Shown: positions 41,690 to 57,634 of the stretch, in pieces
How the letters are laid out: every line of letters begins with the position of its first letter
Position numbering within the stretch: position 1 is the first letter of the stretch
NCBI RefSeq assembly: GCF_009914755.1
Contig: NC_060931.1
Length of the DNA stretch: 64,000 bases
Source: the human T2T-CHM13v2.0 reference genome, Homo sapiens
Reading direction: 5' to 3' (one strand)
Translations under genes and position numbers: made by a program
The notes under the pieces: generated by a model
The model's input: the letters and a program-made list of their open reading frames with translations, nothing else
What the model was told of the DNA's origin: nothing
Database searches by the model: none

Positions 41690-42455
41690 AACTTGCGTCC
41701 CACTCCCACTCCGACTCTGAAGGAAAATCCGAAGATGAAACTAAACTCCAAGGCTGCAACCCGCGGCGGCCGTGCAAGCGGCCCCAGCGCAGGTCGCCGG
41801 GTGGGCGGGCCAGAGGCCGGCGGGGCCTTCTCGGTGGGCTGCGGGGCCCTCGGCCCTGCCCGGCCACCTGCACAGCCGGGCCCTGCCAGGAGGGGCCGGG
41901 GCCGAAAAGCCCCCACCGCCAGCGCCGCGGCTCAGGGACCAGGCGCTGATAGCGCGCGGCCGACCCCCTTCCCGCCGGGCCGGCCCTGCCCAGCCCCCTC
42001 TGGCCTCAGAAGAGGCGCCCCGCTCCCAGCCTCCCCGCCTCGCTCCCCGGCTCCTCACCAGCAGCGCCAGAACCGCGAGCGCGAGCACGCAGGCGCGTGC
42101 ACGCAGAGGCCGGGACCCGCCGGGAAATCTCAACCGGGCAGCCCCCACCCCGCTCGAACGCCGAGGCGGCTCCACCCGCGCGAGCCCCGCCGCCTCGGGC
42201 ACCTCCTGCATCACGTGGTTCCGGGCCGGGTGACGCCAAACCTGCGATTCCCAAGCGGCAGCGCGGCCTCCCGAGCCGGGTTGACGCTGGCGTGGCGGCC
42301 ATGTTTATTGAGGGCACCTGGCTTCTCCCGCTTGCGCCGCCGGGTGAGCCTGAAAGCGCGCACCCACCTGGCTCCAGGAAGAGGGACCGAGCTCGCGTGC
42401 TGGGCCTCACTCCCACTGGGGGCGTCGGCCACTCGATCGCAACCGGGTCGTAGGC
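41690..42455. promoter_or_regulatory. C7orf25: C7orf25 CpG-island promoter
   Basis: CpG-dense; E-box CACGTG 42212-42217, ETS TTCCGG 42219-42224, half-CRE TGACG at 42231 and 42282, YY1-like GCGGCCATGT 42295-42304. Confidence 0.88.
42059..42211 (-). CDS. C7orf25: C7orf25 upstream coding exon of the long 479-aa isoform
   Basis: ATG at 42211, 51 codons, donor CTG|GTGAGG in phase 0; splices to 41065 giving [12 protein letters not shown]; 51+7+421=479 aa. Confidence 0.8.
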
Positions 42456-44322
42456 ATTTTGGGGGCTCATTTTAACAGAATAAACGCTGGAGAAGCTTGT
42501 CAGAGGTGACAGCTGAGAAGTACTGCCTCTGGGACTTCTGCCTCCAAGCCAAAGCACTTTCCACTGCATTGTCCTGGGCCCTCCAAAGAAAGTGTGCTGT
42601 CCTTCTGAAGAGAAGAAATGATTGCATGGCTTCCGAGGGGCTGCCATATTCATATTACTGTAGTAGAGTGTCCAGAGTCACCCAGAAAGATTAGGGCTGT
42701 AAGAAAGTAAAGCTAATTTAAAATATTAAAGAGGACTTCCAGTTATAATTAATCCTGTGTATCCTGCTCCTTCTCCAAACTTAACAGTAAAGCAATGCTC
42801 CTTCTCCAAATAACAGTAAAGCAATGACAAAGGGAACAAACAAAGGCAAAAAGAACAAGAGAAGAGATGACTGCAGACCGGTTATACCAACACATTTTTG
42901 GAGGACAAGAGCAATAACTTATTCAGTCCTTACAGCGTGACAGACATTGTTCTAAGTGTTTTACACATTGTTCACTCCTTTAAACAACCTAAAAGGTAGA
43001 GATATTAAGTATGCTTTACAGATAAGTGAGTCATAGGGAGGTTACCTGAACCCAAGCACCCTCTTTGCAGATGGTGTCAGGAGAACTGAGCAAACTGCTT
43101 GTAGAAGGGGATATTTAGCCACTGATTCACAAAGCAGAACCCCAGAAAGCTTCAGGTGCCTTGAAGGTAGAAGGGAGGGCAGTAAATTGTTCAGGCAGAA
43201 GACTAGTTTAAGATGCTAAAGACAGGGCATCAGAGGGATTCCAGACACAAAGCCTAACAAAGGATGAGAGGTGCCATGATGTTTTCCTACTGAATAGTGC
43301 AATGCTAGCAGCCCCCTTCTCTGCCCCTCCCATAATGCAGGCACCCCTCTACCGCTCCCTACCACTATCTCCCCATAACCCTATTTTTCTCTGAAGAAAT
43401 GAGTAGACAAAAGACCCTAGAGAAATGGCTCGGCAATACCAACATTCAGCATCCCCTAGTGTGAGCCTCACGAACACAGCATTTCCCAACGTTTTTGTTA
43501 TTTGAAGGAAATGGAAAACAGAACAAAATGGTCTCAAAAAGTATTCTATAACTAGCATCTTCAAATAAAAGATATTTCAGCTATGAAACAAGAGGATTTC
43601 TTTTTTTAAGGAGACAGCAGAGCACAGGAAATGGTTCTTCTGTAGTAAAAATGATATCCCAAATTTCAAAACATCAATGAGTTGGAAAAATTTAGAAAGT
43701 AGAAATAGATGAAAAATGGAGCAAAAACAAAAGGATCCAGTATCCAATTAACAGGAGTTTAGAAACAAAAACAAAATGAAGAGAAAATTTTTCAAAAACT
43801 TAATAGAAAATTTAGCAAACAGAAACGTTTTTCACAGTGCAAGGGCCCACTGAGTGCTCACCACAATGACTATTAAGAAACCCACACAAAGGAACATGGT
43901 TGTGAAGTTTCAGAACACAGCAGATAAGAGAAAAACCAAGAGCTGCAGAGGGGAAAACTTACAAAGGACTTGGCATCACATACGCAATAGTATTAGGCTT
44001 CCTATCAGCAACACTGGAATTTAGAAGGGAGTAATGCTTTCAAAATGTGGAGATAATTTATTTCTTAGAGTTTTTAAACCCAGCCAATTCAGAGAGAAAG
44101 CAAGGAGAATAAAGATAGTTTCAAACAAGCACCTAGCCTGGATTGGAACAGGAAGACAGAGGGTTCTAAGAGAAACTTCTCTGAGGTGTGGGGAAGAGAA
44201 CTGATACAGAGTGCCTGATATCTGACTGATGAGGAAAATATTAAGCAGAGGGTGTTAAATTTCTGTTGGGTGAATCTGGCAAGGATTGGTGACAGCTATG
44301 CAGAAAACAAAGTAACCAAGTG

Positions 44323-44625
44323 GGCTGGGCGCCGCCATGGCTTATTTGTAATCCCAACACTTTGAGTCCAGGGCGGGAGAATCACTTGAGCACAGGAGTT
44401 CAAATCCAGCCTGGACAATGTAGTGAGATCCCTGTCTCCACAAAAAGTAAAAAAACTAGCTGGCCATGGTGGCTGACATCTGTATTCACACCTACTGCAA
44501 TGGCTGGGGTGGGAGGATCGTTTGACCCCACGTCAAGGCTACAGTGAACTGATTTGTGCCACCTCACTCCAGCCTGGGTGACAGAGTGAGACTGTCTCAA
44601 AAAAAAAAAAAAAAGAAAAAAAAAG
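44323..44625 (+). mobile_element. AluJ-like SINE (diverged)
   Basis: Alu body with poly(A). Confidence 0.85.
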
Positions 44626-46120
44626 CAGTTATCACTGCCAGGAAAGTTGTTCAGGAAATGTAAATTGTAGTACACTTAGTCATAAGAAAAATCTTCAACA
44701 TGATTTAATTGAGGTAGGGAGAAGGAAGTCAGTGTGATATGAGGATTCTAAATTCTCATCTTGCACAATGGGAAGTCTGGCAGCTCAACTCCGGGAATCC
44801 AAGAAAAAGGCATATAATCCTACTATTTTGAAATACGGAGGCAAGTACCTCATGAAACACCTAAAAAAGTCAAAAGTGATGGCTTTCAGGGAGTAGCACT
44901 CACATTTTACTTAACTTTTTAAATATGCTCATGCTTAGGAAGTTATCAGATAATTGGCAGCCAGATATTGCTAGTTTCATAAGTTTCTTGAGAACAGGGT
45001 GGAGGGAGGAGCTCTAAATTGAAGGAACTGTGTGAAGCAATGTGACTTTCATACAGAACCACCAGGACTGGTTTTCAGGAAATCAGGATTCTAATCCAAG
45101 GGAACTCTCAACTCCTATATGTTCTTGGGCAATTCGCTGAACATCAACTTGCTCTTCTTTGCAATGGGGGGCTCAGAGAGCTTGCCTACATGGGTGAGTA
45201 GACTCCTGAAAAAAAGGTGAGGTAAGTACTAAGAGTTGGCAGTTTCATTCTATGAAGAAAACTGAGCAATAGATGAAAACCCTTCAATGTTCACTTATCA
45301 CCTACTTGATGCCTGAGAGACTGTGCAAGGTAATTATCTCAAGGTTGGGTTTTTTTTTTTTTCCTTCAGGGATGCTTGAGTGTTATCAGCACTTGATAAT
45401 TATAAGGCTCTGTATTAGTATTCTTTATTGCCTGTGTATGTGAATTTTAAACATCTCCATGTTTCACTGCTATTAATTGCTTTGCAAATTTAAATTCATG
45501 GTTCAGTAGAACTGGGAGGAAGTAGAACAAATGGAGTTAAAATGTTTTAAGGGTTAGAAGATACAAAATGAACCAAAAGGCAGAGGCTCTGAACATTAGA
45601 AACATTATGATACTTAAGCTAAAATCCACAGGCTGGAAATGGTTCAAGAGTTTTGGAATGTTTAGGAATGCAGTGGGTTGCTACATCAAAGAACTCTAAG
45701 AACTGGGACAAAAAGGAACAACTTAATTTTAAGGCCCGTGGAAAGAATAAACAGAACAAAGGGAGAAGTGTTGTAGGCAGCTTGAACTGGAACTGGGCTT
45801 TGCATTTAATGGGGGCAGGAGGTGGAAAACAGAACCTGGATCAAATCTGGTTCAGCTGATTTTTCCTCCCTTTATTCTTTAGGCCTAATTTTGTTAGCAC
45901 ACAATAAAAACCTACATGAGTTTTCCTTACCTCTGAAATATTAACATGCCTTTAATTTTCCCTTCTTTGATTTGTAGAATTTTGACATTGCTTTGCTCTT
46001 TTGATACTGGACATTATAGAAGGACTAAACAAAATCAACGGCAGTTAACAGAGTAACTATTAACCACACCAGGCTTTAACTTGTGTTATCAAATTTAGTC
46101 CTTAGGAAACCCTGAGATAT

Positions 46121-46415
46121 GGCCGGGCAGAGCGGCTCATGCCTATAATCTCAGCACTTTGGGAGGCCAAGGCGGGTGAACCGCTTGAGCTGAGGAGTTG
46201 GAGACCAGTCTGGGCAACATGGTGAAACCCCGTCTCTACTAAAAATACAAAAATAAACCAAACATGGTGGTACGCACCTGTAGTCCCAGCCACTCGGGAG
46301 GCTGAGGTAAAAGGATTGATCACCTGAGCCTGGGAGGATGAGGTTGCAGTGAGCCAAGATCACGCCACTGCACTCCCCCTGGGTGACAGAGAGATTGTCT
46401 CAAAAAACAAACCAA
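46121..46415 (+). mobile_element. Alu (J/S) SINE
   Basis: Alu body; AACCCTGAGATA on both flanks. Confidence 0.9.
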
Positions 46416-47564
46416 CCAACCAACCCTGAGATAATTACCTCACATAGTCACTCAGCCAGTAAGTGAGATAGCTGAGACTTGACTTCAAAGACCTTTTTGC
46501 TACTATGTCCGCTTTCTAGTGTGCCAAAGTCAAAATATATCAAGAGCCCATAAGAGATTATTAGACAAGGCCAAGATAAACATCTTGAAACAGGAAGCCA
46601 AAGTTACCATCTTTCATCTCCTTAATGCTTTTGCCACCTAAAACAAGATATGGGTGTTATAGTGATGGTAGGGAACAGAACTGGGGACCCTGAGAAAAAT
46701 CTCCAAAATAAGGTTCTTTTGCCCTTAACTAAATCTTAGAATCTTCTGAGCTCCATTTAAATCATGGAATTGCCCACTATACTTTCACGTTGGTAAGAAT
46801 GATTATGCTTATAAACTCTCCTTATGTTCTGTAAACCAAATTAATGATTTTATCCTAAGATGCCTTAAAAAAAATTTAAAAAAAAAAAACTAAGCACTGC
46901 CTTCATATGAGTGCAGATACTTAATTATAACTTTCATTATAGTGAAGCTATTTATTATACTGAGATTACATTAATGAATTAACAAGAGCCTTAAGCCATA
47001 GTTTTGACACTTAAGTATTAGCATTTTATTTCAAGCACTTATGCTCATCCTTGAGTTTAAAAAGTCTAACAAAATCTAAGAACCCGGGTTCCTTTAAACA
47101 TGTTTACCTACTTGTGGAGACACCAACAGGAACCAGCAAACCATTGTTTATTTATTTACATAATGTATCTCCCATGGAGACCTATTTGGCTTACCACTCT
47201 TCATAGGCCTAGTACAATCTCATAGAGCACCCTAGGATTTCACTGATCAATACCTAATGGCACCTAAAAGTACCTATGCTTCTTTTCTTGTTCCATGAAT
47301 CCGTGAAAGTCTGCAGATCCTCCCAGCTCTAGAAGCAGTCATGTTTTTTACCAAAATCAGCATTTTGCTTTATGGAAACACAGGCAACATCTGATAGCGA
47401 AGAGGGCATTAAGATTTGACTTAACCAAAATTGCCTGACAACGAAAAAGTCATTTCATCATTCTGCTTGGCAATGTAGTCTTCAGAAATCAACTGTGATA
47501 AAAAGCAGGAAATAACTGTTAAAATTTTAGCAACTCCTAAAAGGCTGGAAGGTGGGTTTAACAG

Positions 47565-47570
47565 TTTATT
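47565..47570 (-). terminator. PSMA2: PSMA2 proximal poly(A) signal AATAAA (further candidates at 47147-47152 and 47025-47030)
   Basis: Plus-strand TTTATT ~145 nt after the stop codon. Confidence 0.65.
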
Positions 47571-47714
47571 AGGATTTATAAGTGTCATTTTAAAAACAGT
47601 CGATTTAAACCATGTAGAAATAAGTATGCAAAAAGTCTGCAAAACAAAACATACTTTAAACATGTTTAAGTAGATAGATTATCTGAAATTCTGGATTTTT
47701 CAGTCACTTCATTG

Positions 47715-47831
<117 letters not shown>

Positions 47832-47858
47832 CTATTGAGGAGGGAGGAAAAAAGGTCA

Positions 47859-47999
<141 letters not shown>

Positions 48000-48212
48000 T
48001 TATATCAGTTTATATTCTTTATAACTATTTAAATACAATGACAGCAACAACGTAAGTTTTTAAAACTCTAAACATCTTAAAAATACTAAATTACACATTC
48101 TTTTAATCACCTCCTTGTAGCTGTCTCCAGATTAAAAAAACTGACAATATCTGGTGCTCAATTCCCAACATCATGAACGGTATGACCCTAAAATGAGTTT
48201 AGTTTAGGAAAC

Positions 48213-48472
48213 TTTTTTTTTTTTTTTTTGAGACACAGTTATCTTGGCTTACTGCAAGCTCCACCTCCCGGGCTCATGCCGTTCTCCTGCCTCAGCCTCC
48301 CAAGTAGCTGGGACTACAGGCGCCCACTACGCCCAGCTAATTTCTTTGTATTTTTAGTAGAGATGGGTTTCACTGTGTCAGCCAGGATGGTCTCGATCTC
48401 CTGACCTCGTGATCCGCCTGCCTTGACCTACCAAAGTGCTGGGATTACAGGCACGAGCCAACACACCCAGCC
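48213..48472 (-). mobile_element. AluY/Sc-like SINE with an internal deletion, PSMA2 intron 6
   Basis: Antisense Alu; AGGAAACTT on both flanks. Confidence 0.88.
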
Positions 48473-48597
48473 AGGAAACTTCTTAAGTATAAATATTTTA
48501 ACAATCAGGATGTGGTGGCATTATTATAATTTTTAAAACACAGAAAAATCAGAACTTTGCTAAAATCTTTTTCTTATAAGTTAAAACATAACATGTC

Positions 48598-50747
<2,150 letters not shown>

Positions 50748-50954
50748 AAATCATAACATATCATGTCATAACAATGTGAAATCTTTGGAAGACTCATTAA
50801 TATATAAAAGAAAAATGAAAAAGTGCTTTAAGAGCCTAAGATTAAGTTTACCATTTAAATCCAGGCCTAAGATTTTTAATAACCTTAACGTTACGTGAAA
50901 AATGTACTGTGAAGGCTCATCTGTTAAACGGAGTTACGAAGTTTTTTATTATTA

Positions 50955-51428
50955 TTCAGCCATAAAAAAATGAAATCCTGTCATTTGCAGCAACATGGAT
51001 GGAACTCGAGGTCATTATGTTAAGCAAAATAAGCCAGGCACAGAAAGATAAATATTGCATGTTGTCACTCATATGTGGGAGCTAAAAAAGTGGATCTCAT
51101 GGAGGGAGAGAGTAGCACAGTGGTTACCAGAGGCTGGGAAGGGAGAAGGGAAGAAGAAATGAAGGAAGTTGGTTAAGGGGTCTAAAAATACGGTCAGACA
51201 GGAGGAATAAGTTCTGGTGTCCAGTAGTACAGTCAGGAAATTATCGTTAACAATTTACTGTATATTTCAGAACAGCTAGAAGATCTGCTATGTTCCCAAC
51301 ACAAAGAAAAGACAGATGTTTGAGGTAATGGATATCCAATTACCCTGATTTGACACTGTATACAGGTATCAAAATATCACATGTACTGCAAAAATATGTG
51401 CAACTATTACATATCAAGAAATAAAACA
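50955..51428 (+). mobile_element. L1MA-like 3' end fragment
   Basis: GAAATCCTGTCATTTGCAGCAACATGGATGGAACT and a typical L1MA 3' UTR. Confidence 0.8.
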
Positions 51429-51997
51429 TTTTCTTCTTCAAAAGCTTGGAGAGTCCCGAAGGACTACAGTAACACTGAGACTAGAATACAGCTGGAAATA
51501 AGTAAGAGCAGCTTGTACTTGGGCACCGACAGATTTTTACATAGTGCTCCACTTTTTATCAAGCACATGTATCAAATATTTAATATACCTTCAACTCCAG
51601 GCATTTGGTTTCACAATTTTTTTTACTGTCGTAAACTGTTATCATTAAATCATTTAAAAATTTGTCTCCCCAAATGTTTTATTCCAGATTCAATGTTCTT
51701 TTTTTTCCCTCCTGAAATGGCACAAAAAGTGAAGTAAAAAGTAAAAAAACCAAAAGCATTTAGGAAACCATAGAATGTAGAAAGAGAACTCCTTAGGAAA
51801 TGAATATTAATTACCACTTAATATACTGAAGTCTAGGAAACTAGAAGGGAGAGAAGTTTTTGGTTTATCTGTAACTAGATTCATATACAGAGTAATATAG
51901 CAAGTTTCTTTAGTCCCATGATATTAATTTACTTAAAGAGCACCAAAAACCATAAAGTGAGTTTGCTAAAGAATGCAGTTACAATGAGTAGGCCTAC

Positions 51998-52071
51998 CTT
52001 TTCTCAAGGAAAGTCTTCCCATTCACATAGTTCTTTCCCATTGCTGTAGCTTTCCAGGCAAAGTAAGCTCC
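51998..52071 (-). CDS. PSMA2: PSMA2 exon 6
   Basis: GAYFAWKATAMGKNYVNGKTFLEK; AG/GT boundaries; 74 nt. Confidence 0.95.
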
Positions 52072-53452
52072 CTAATCAGGAAAGAAAGAGTAAAAAACCA
52101 TATTTTAAAACACAAATACAATTATATTGCCCTGCCATTTAATTTTTAGCTTTATTAATTGTTCTCTAACTTCGAAGGTCACAGAATATTATTAGAATGG
52201 AAAACGTCACAGAATAGGTTATTTTTTAAGAAGGCTAGAAGGATGGAAACCAAAAAGGCATGAAGAAACTTTTGGAGGTTCTGGAAATTTTTGATATCCT
52301 CATTGTAGTAATGGTTTCTTCAGGCATTTACATATATCAGAACTCATCAAACTGATGAGCTGGTGATGATGCAATTAAGTGTAAAATTATGTAAAAAATC
52401 CAGTTAAAAGAAATTGAGGTTAACTTAAAGCAAATAATCAAGAGTAGTATTTTAGTTTAATAGACTGAAGCGATTTAAAAATCTATCATATAAATCTGAA
52501 AAATGGTGATCAACTCTTGATCATTAGTGAATTAAAAAGAGAGCATCTCATTAGAAAAAAATACCAAAAGAAACATAATCCAATATGTTTTAAATGAAAA
52601 CAATTGTTTTTTAGACACAACAGAGGAAAATAGGACAAAAGATAAAATCAGGATTCCAGAAATGGTGGCTTCTGCTACCTTCTGGAAAGGAAGATAAGAG
52701 GGCCTGTCATTTAGCTTTGGAAGCTCAGAGATGGAGTAACAACACTATCAAAGTTCCCAAAATACTTATTTTTCTGATTTAATTAACAACCAAAATATTT
52801 TTCTTTTGCCATCTCAGGTTATAAAAGTAGATTATAAGGTTTGCATTGAGTGAACCTGTAATTATCTAATAATCCATAAAACATGAAAGATCATTTCCTA
52901 ATCTTGAATTTTGTCTTAAGGTTCTCATAGCAAATGGGACAGATGTGGAGTAGTATTATCCATTACAAACACCTTCTATTCAGATACCATTCTTCTGCAT
53001 TAGAGCAGACAACTTACCCAAGGTACCAATTACACAATCATTTTTGCAAAACACTGAATTCAAGATAGATTAATGTTTTTGCTGGAAAACTCACTCAAGT
53101 CAGCCCCAAGATTCAACTGATGGCAAACACTACAACACTGTCCTCCAGATCCACATCTTCAATTGCAGTATTTCCCGAAGTAACAGGTTTAAATACATTT
53201 GATAACTATTTCAACAAATCACCCAAGTGTATGAAGTTAATGAACATGGCAAAAGAGGGTAGAACTAATACAGCTTCCTTATCAGAAGACCAAATTACCA
53301 AAATTTTAAATATACACACAAAAATGCACAACCTCATACTTTCTAAAGCCCAAGAGAAAAGAAGAAAATACTGCTAAATTGTAAAGTTTTTATGGCTTCT
53401 ATTTCTGTTAGATATTCAAAGAGCACTTTTAACAAATCCCTCAAATACATTA

Positions 53453-53608
<156 letters not shown>

Positions 53609-53825
53609 TTATCAGTACTCTCAAATAAAGCAAATTATCAGGCAAACTGAATTAGACTTTTAAGTTCCTTAGAAAGTATTTAACACCTTTCTGAATGAAT
53701 CAATTCAAAACTAATTCTCTTTATGGTAGTGAGGAATGGTAGCCAAATAAAAAAAAATTTGAATTGAACAGTGTTACCTAAGACACTGGGGTTAATAAGT
53801 GTGTAGTAACATTTAGTGTCCTAAT

Positions 53826-54073
53826 AAAATGACAACTTTCAATTAATGCAGCTTTTCCACTAGGTTTACCTATTACAAAATGACAACTTTCAGTTAATGC
53901 AGCTTTTCCACTAGGTTTACCTATTACAAAATGACAACTTTCAATTACTGCAGCTTTTCCACTAGGTTTACCTATTACAAAATGACAATTTTCAGTTAAT
54001 GCAGCTTTTCCACTAGGTTTACCTATTACAAAATGACAACTTTCAGTTAATGCAGCTTTTCCACTAGGTTTAC
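53826..54073. repeat. 51-bp minisatellite, ~4.9 copies, PSMA2 intron 4
   Basis: Unit AAAATGACAACTTTCAGTTAATGCAGCTTTTCCACTAGGTTTACCTATTAC starting at 53826, 53877, 53928, 53979 and 54030. Confidence 0.97.
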
Positions 54074-54217
54074 GTATCAACAACTACCTATATGCTATCT
54101 CATCTACACCCAAACTTAAGAAACTGGGGAATGAAAAGAAATATGAATACGTCCAAGAGCTGCTTTCATCATGTGCTTACCATCATTTCTGGTTAGAAAG
54201 ATAAATTTGAAAGTAGC

Positions 54218-54558
<341 letters not shown>

Positions 54559-54810
54559 TTAATCACTGGCAAAAGAACTTTGTATATCTAGAAGCTGCTT
54601 TCTGCTGTTACATAAGCAACAAGAAAACACATTTTTTTCCTTAAATAAATACTCCAGAGCCAGATAAGATCAGAAATATTCATCATAGTGATTCTGTCCA
54701 CTTGTTAAGCAAATACAGAAATGGTAAGTCCCACTCTATTTATATACCTACTCTTTAAAATAACTTCCCCCTACAATTCATGGCACATTTCAAGTAAAAA
54801 AAGCAACTTA

Positions 54811-54975
<165 letters not shown>

Positions 54976-55430
54976 CTACTACCTGAAGACTCATTCTCCT
55001 TTTACAGGCATGTACCTGCAGCACAAGTTTAACATGTATCTCTTTAATGGTGGCTATTGGATCAAAGCTAGTCTTACTCTAACACTGGATTCCAGTTGAT
55101 ATAGAAGAAAATATCAGAGCATCAGAGTACCAGTTAGCTTAAAAGTAACAGATTTAATGTACAAAAATGAGAACTTTATCTTGCTCCACGGCTTCTTCAA
55201 GACTGTACCCCCATCCAAGGGCAGCCGCTTGTCTTTTTACAGCTCACCCCAGCCCACACACACATACAAGCACACATAAACACACAGGCACACAATTCTG
55301 GGCATATTTTTCTCACTTCAGGTCACTACTTTCTGCAGACTGTTTCAATCTCTCTGCCTGTGCTTCACGGAGTACCCTTCAGAGATTAAGAAACAGTAAG
55401 AAACTACTTGTAACTAAAAATGTAAAATTC

Positions 55431-55732
55431 GGCTAGGTGCAGTGTTTCACGCCTGTAATCCCAACACTTTAAAAGGCTGAGGCAGGAAGATCACTTGAGG
55501 CCAGGAGTTTCAGACCTGCCTGGGCAAGACCCTGGGTTACTTTAAAGAGAATAACTCAGATGTGAAAGAGGAGGGAGATAGAGTACATAACTCCTCTTTT
55601 CTCTGTTTAATGGACTTTCCTTTCTGACATATTCCTCTTCTACTATACAGGAACTGGGCATAAGGCTTTAGTTTTCTCCAGTACAGTTTAAAATGATAAA
55701 AGCAATACCCAGCATGACCCTGTCTCTTAAAA
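55431..55732 (+). mobile_element. FLAM/Alu left monomer interrupted by a 172-bp insertion
   Basis: Monomer runs 55431-55534 and resumes at 55707-55732 (..GACCCTGTCTCTTAAAA). Confidence 0.8.
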
Positions 55733-56505
55733 TTTTTTTTCAGAAGTAAAATTTGTCAAAAGAGATTAAGAAGATATTATATAACAATCAAATATATTAG
55801 CAAGACAAATAGGATTTATCTTTGCCAGCTCATATACTACTGATCTGAAATATGCACATTTTCCCTCTGTGTGACAGTCATGTCCCATCCCTCAGTTTAT
55901 CCTATCAGTGGCAGCACAATGCAGTATCCAGCCTATATAGTGGTGACAAGATTCACTGCCTGATCACATTCCACTGACCTTGTTGCGTTGATTCACTGAA
56001 GTGAAACTTTGCCTCTACCTATCTTGCTCCACAAAATCATGAGCAATAAAGTAATACTCCTTTTACTTGTTTAAATGACAGACACAGAAAGCTGTCAATC
56101 TCTTTCAACTTGCTGGTACCCTGAGTAACAAGATTATTCTCTCTTCCTGTGAAATATAAAGGGGGTGATTACACAAGCACTGGGATCCTGGTTGGCTGCC
56201 ACACTCAACAACTTGCAGTGGTGTTTGAGAATTTTGTTCCTTTGTGAAGAACAGGAAAAAAGATAACTCTGGATGGTGATACTTTCTTTTGTTGCCTCAT
56301 ACTTTTTAAAATATAGTTTATTATAACTTAAATTGCTTTTATCATTTTTAAACTGCACTGGCGAAAACTAAAGCCCTTACGCCCAGTTCCTGGATAGTAG
56401 AAGAGGAATATGTCAGAAGAGAAAGTCCGCTGAACAGAGAAAAGAGGAGTTATGTAATCTATCTACCTCCTCTTTCACATCTGAGTTATTCTCTTTAAAG
56501 TAACC
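55535..56505. repeat. Inverted repeat with arms 55535-55706 and 56332-56505 and a 625-nt spacer
   Basis: The arms are reverse complements with about 11 substitutions and 2 single-base indels by eye. Confidence 0.95.
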
Positions 56506-56639
56506 TATACAGGCAAACTAAATTCAGCTCTCAACGAGGCTGCTATTGCTAAACAAAGCACACAAAAAAAGAGGAACTGGAAGATTAAAGGAAAACAACC
56601 TTGGTTTTTCTCCTGAAAATACAGATTACAATCAATTCA

Positions 56640-56810
<171 letters not shown>

Positions 56811-57457
56811 TTAAAAAAAAAGAGAGAGACATAAATGTTTAATCATTTTTAAGACTGTTTTAACAGCTTTCTAATTATGGATGCGCTAAACGCAAACTCC
56901 TTTATTTCCTTTAATTTATAAAACCTTTTCTTCCGGAGTCCTATTACCAAAATTACCTAAGAAATGGTAAGTCAGTTTTTCCCTCACTGGTCATTTAGTA
57001 CTACACAAAAAAATCCTCCCTACAGCTAAAGGTATTACATAAACTTTTGTAAAGCACTCTAAGGATACCTGAGAGTTCACATGTTTTAAAATAAGGGATT
57101 TCTGTCTACTTGTCCCAATATTCTTATAACATGAAATTTACAATAAATGATACAGGCTTTTAAAGTGAAACACAACACATTTAGCTTATGTTTTATAATT
57201 AAGCTTTCCTAAATTATAAGGATAAAAACTGCCAGGAAGTAGTGATATAATCAGTGGAAAAACAAAAAAAGACTCAGTTTTCTGAATGAGAAAGACTATT
57301 GTGAATATCACAACTAACAGATAAAGGTGTTACTATTTACTTTGAAAAGAAATTTGAATGACCTTAGACTTATTACTATTTAAACTCCAAAACACTGTAA
57401 ATTAACAAAAAATTGTTAAAAATTATACTGCTGCAGCTCTGTATAAATTAATTACTA

Positions 57458-57634
<177 letters not shown>

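Noticed and set aside
41447-42475. 342-aa plus-strand ORF antisense to C7orf25
   Set aside because: Pro/Ala/Arg/Gly-rich with no recognisable domain; long ORFs occur in several frames of this CpG island because stop codons are rare in GC-rich DNA
53778-54083. 101-aa ORF of 17-aa repeats; superficially CRISPR-like array
   Set aside because: Translation of the 51-bp minisatellite; the units are contiguous with no unique spacers, and the context is a mammalian intron
56332-56505. Possible intronic snoRNA or miRNA in the donor arm of the inverted repeat (small hairpins AAAGAGGAG..CTCCTCTTT and ACTGG..CCAGT)
   Set aside because: No convincing C/D or H/ACA box layout by eye; an Infernal/Rfam search would be needed
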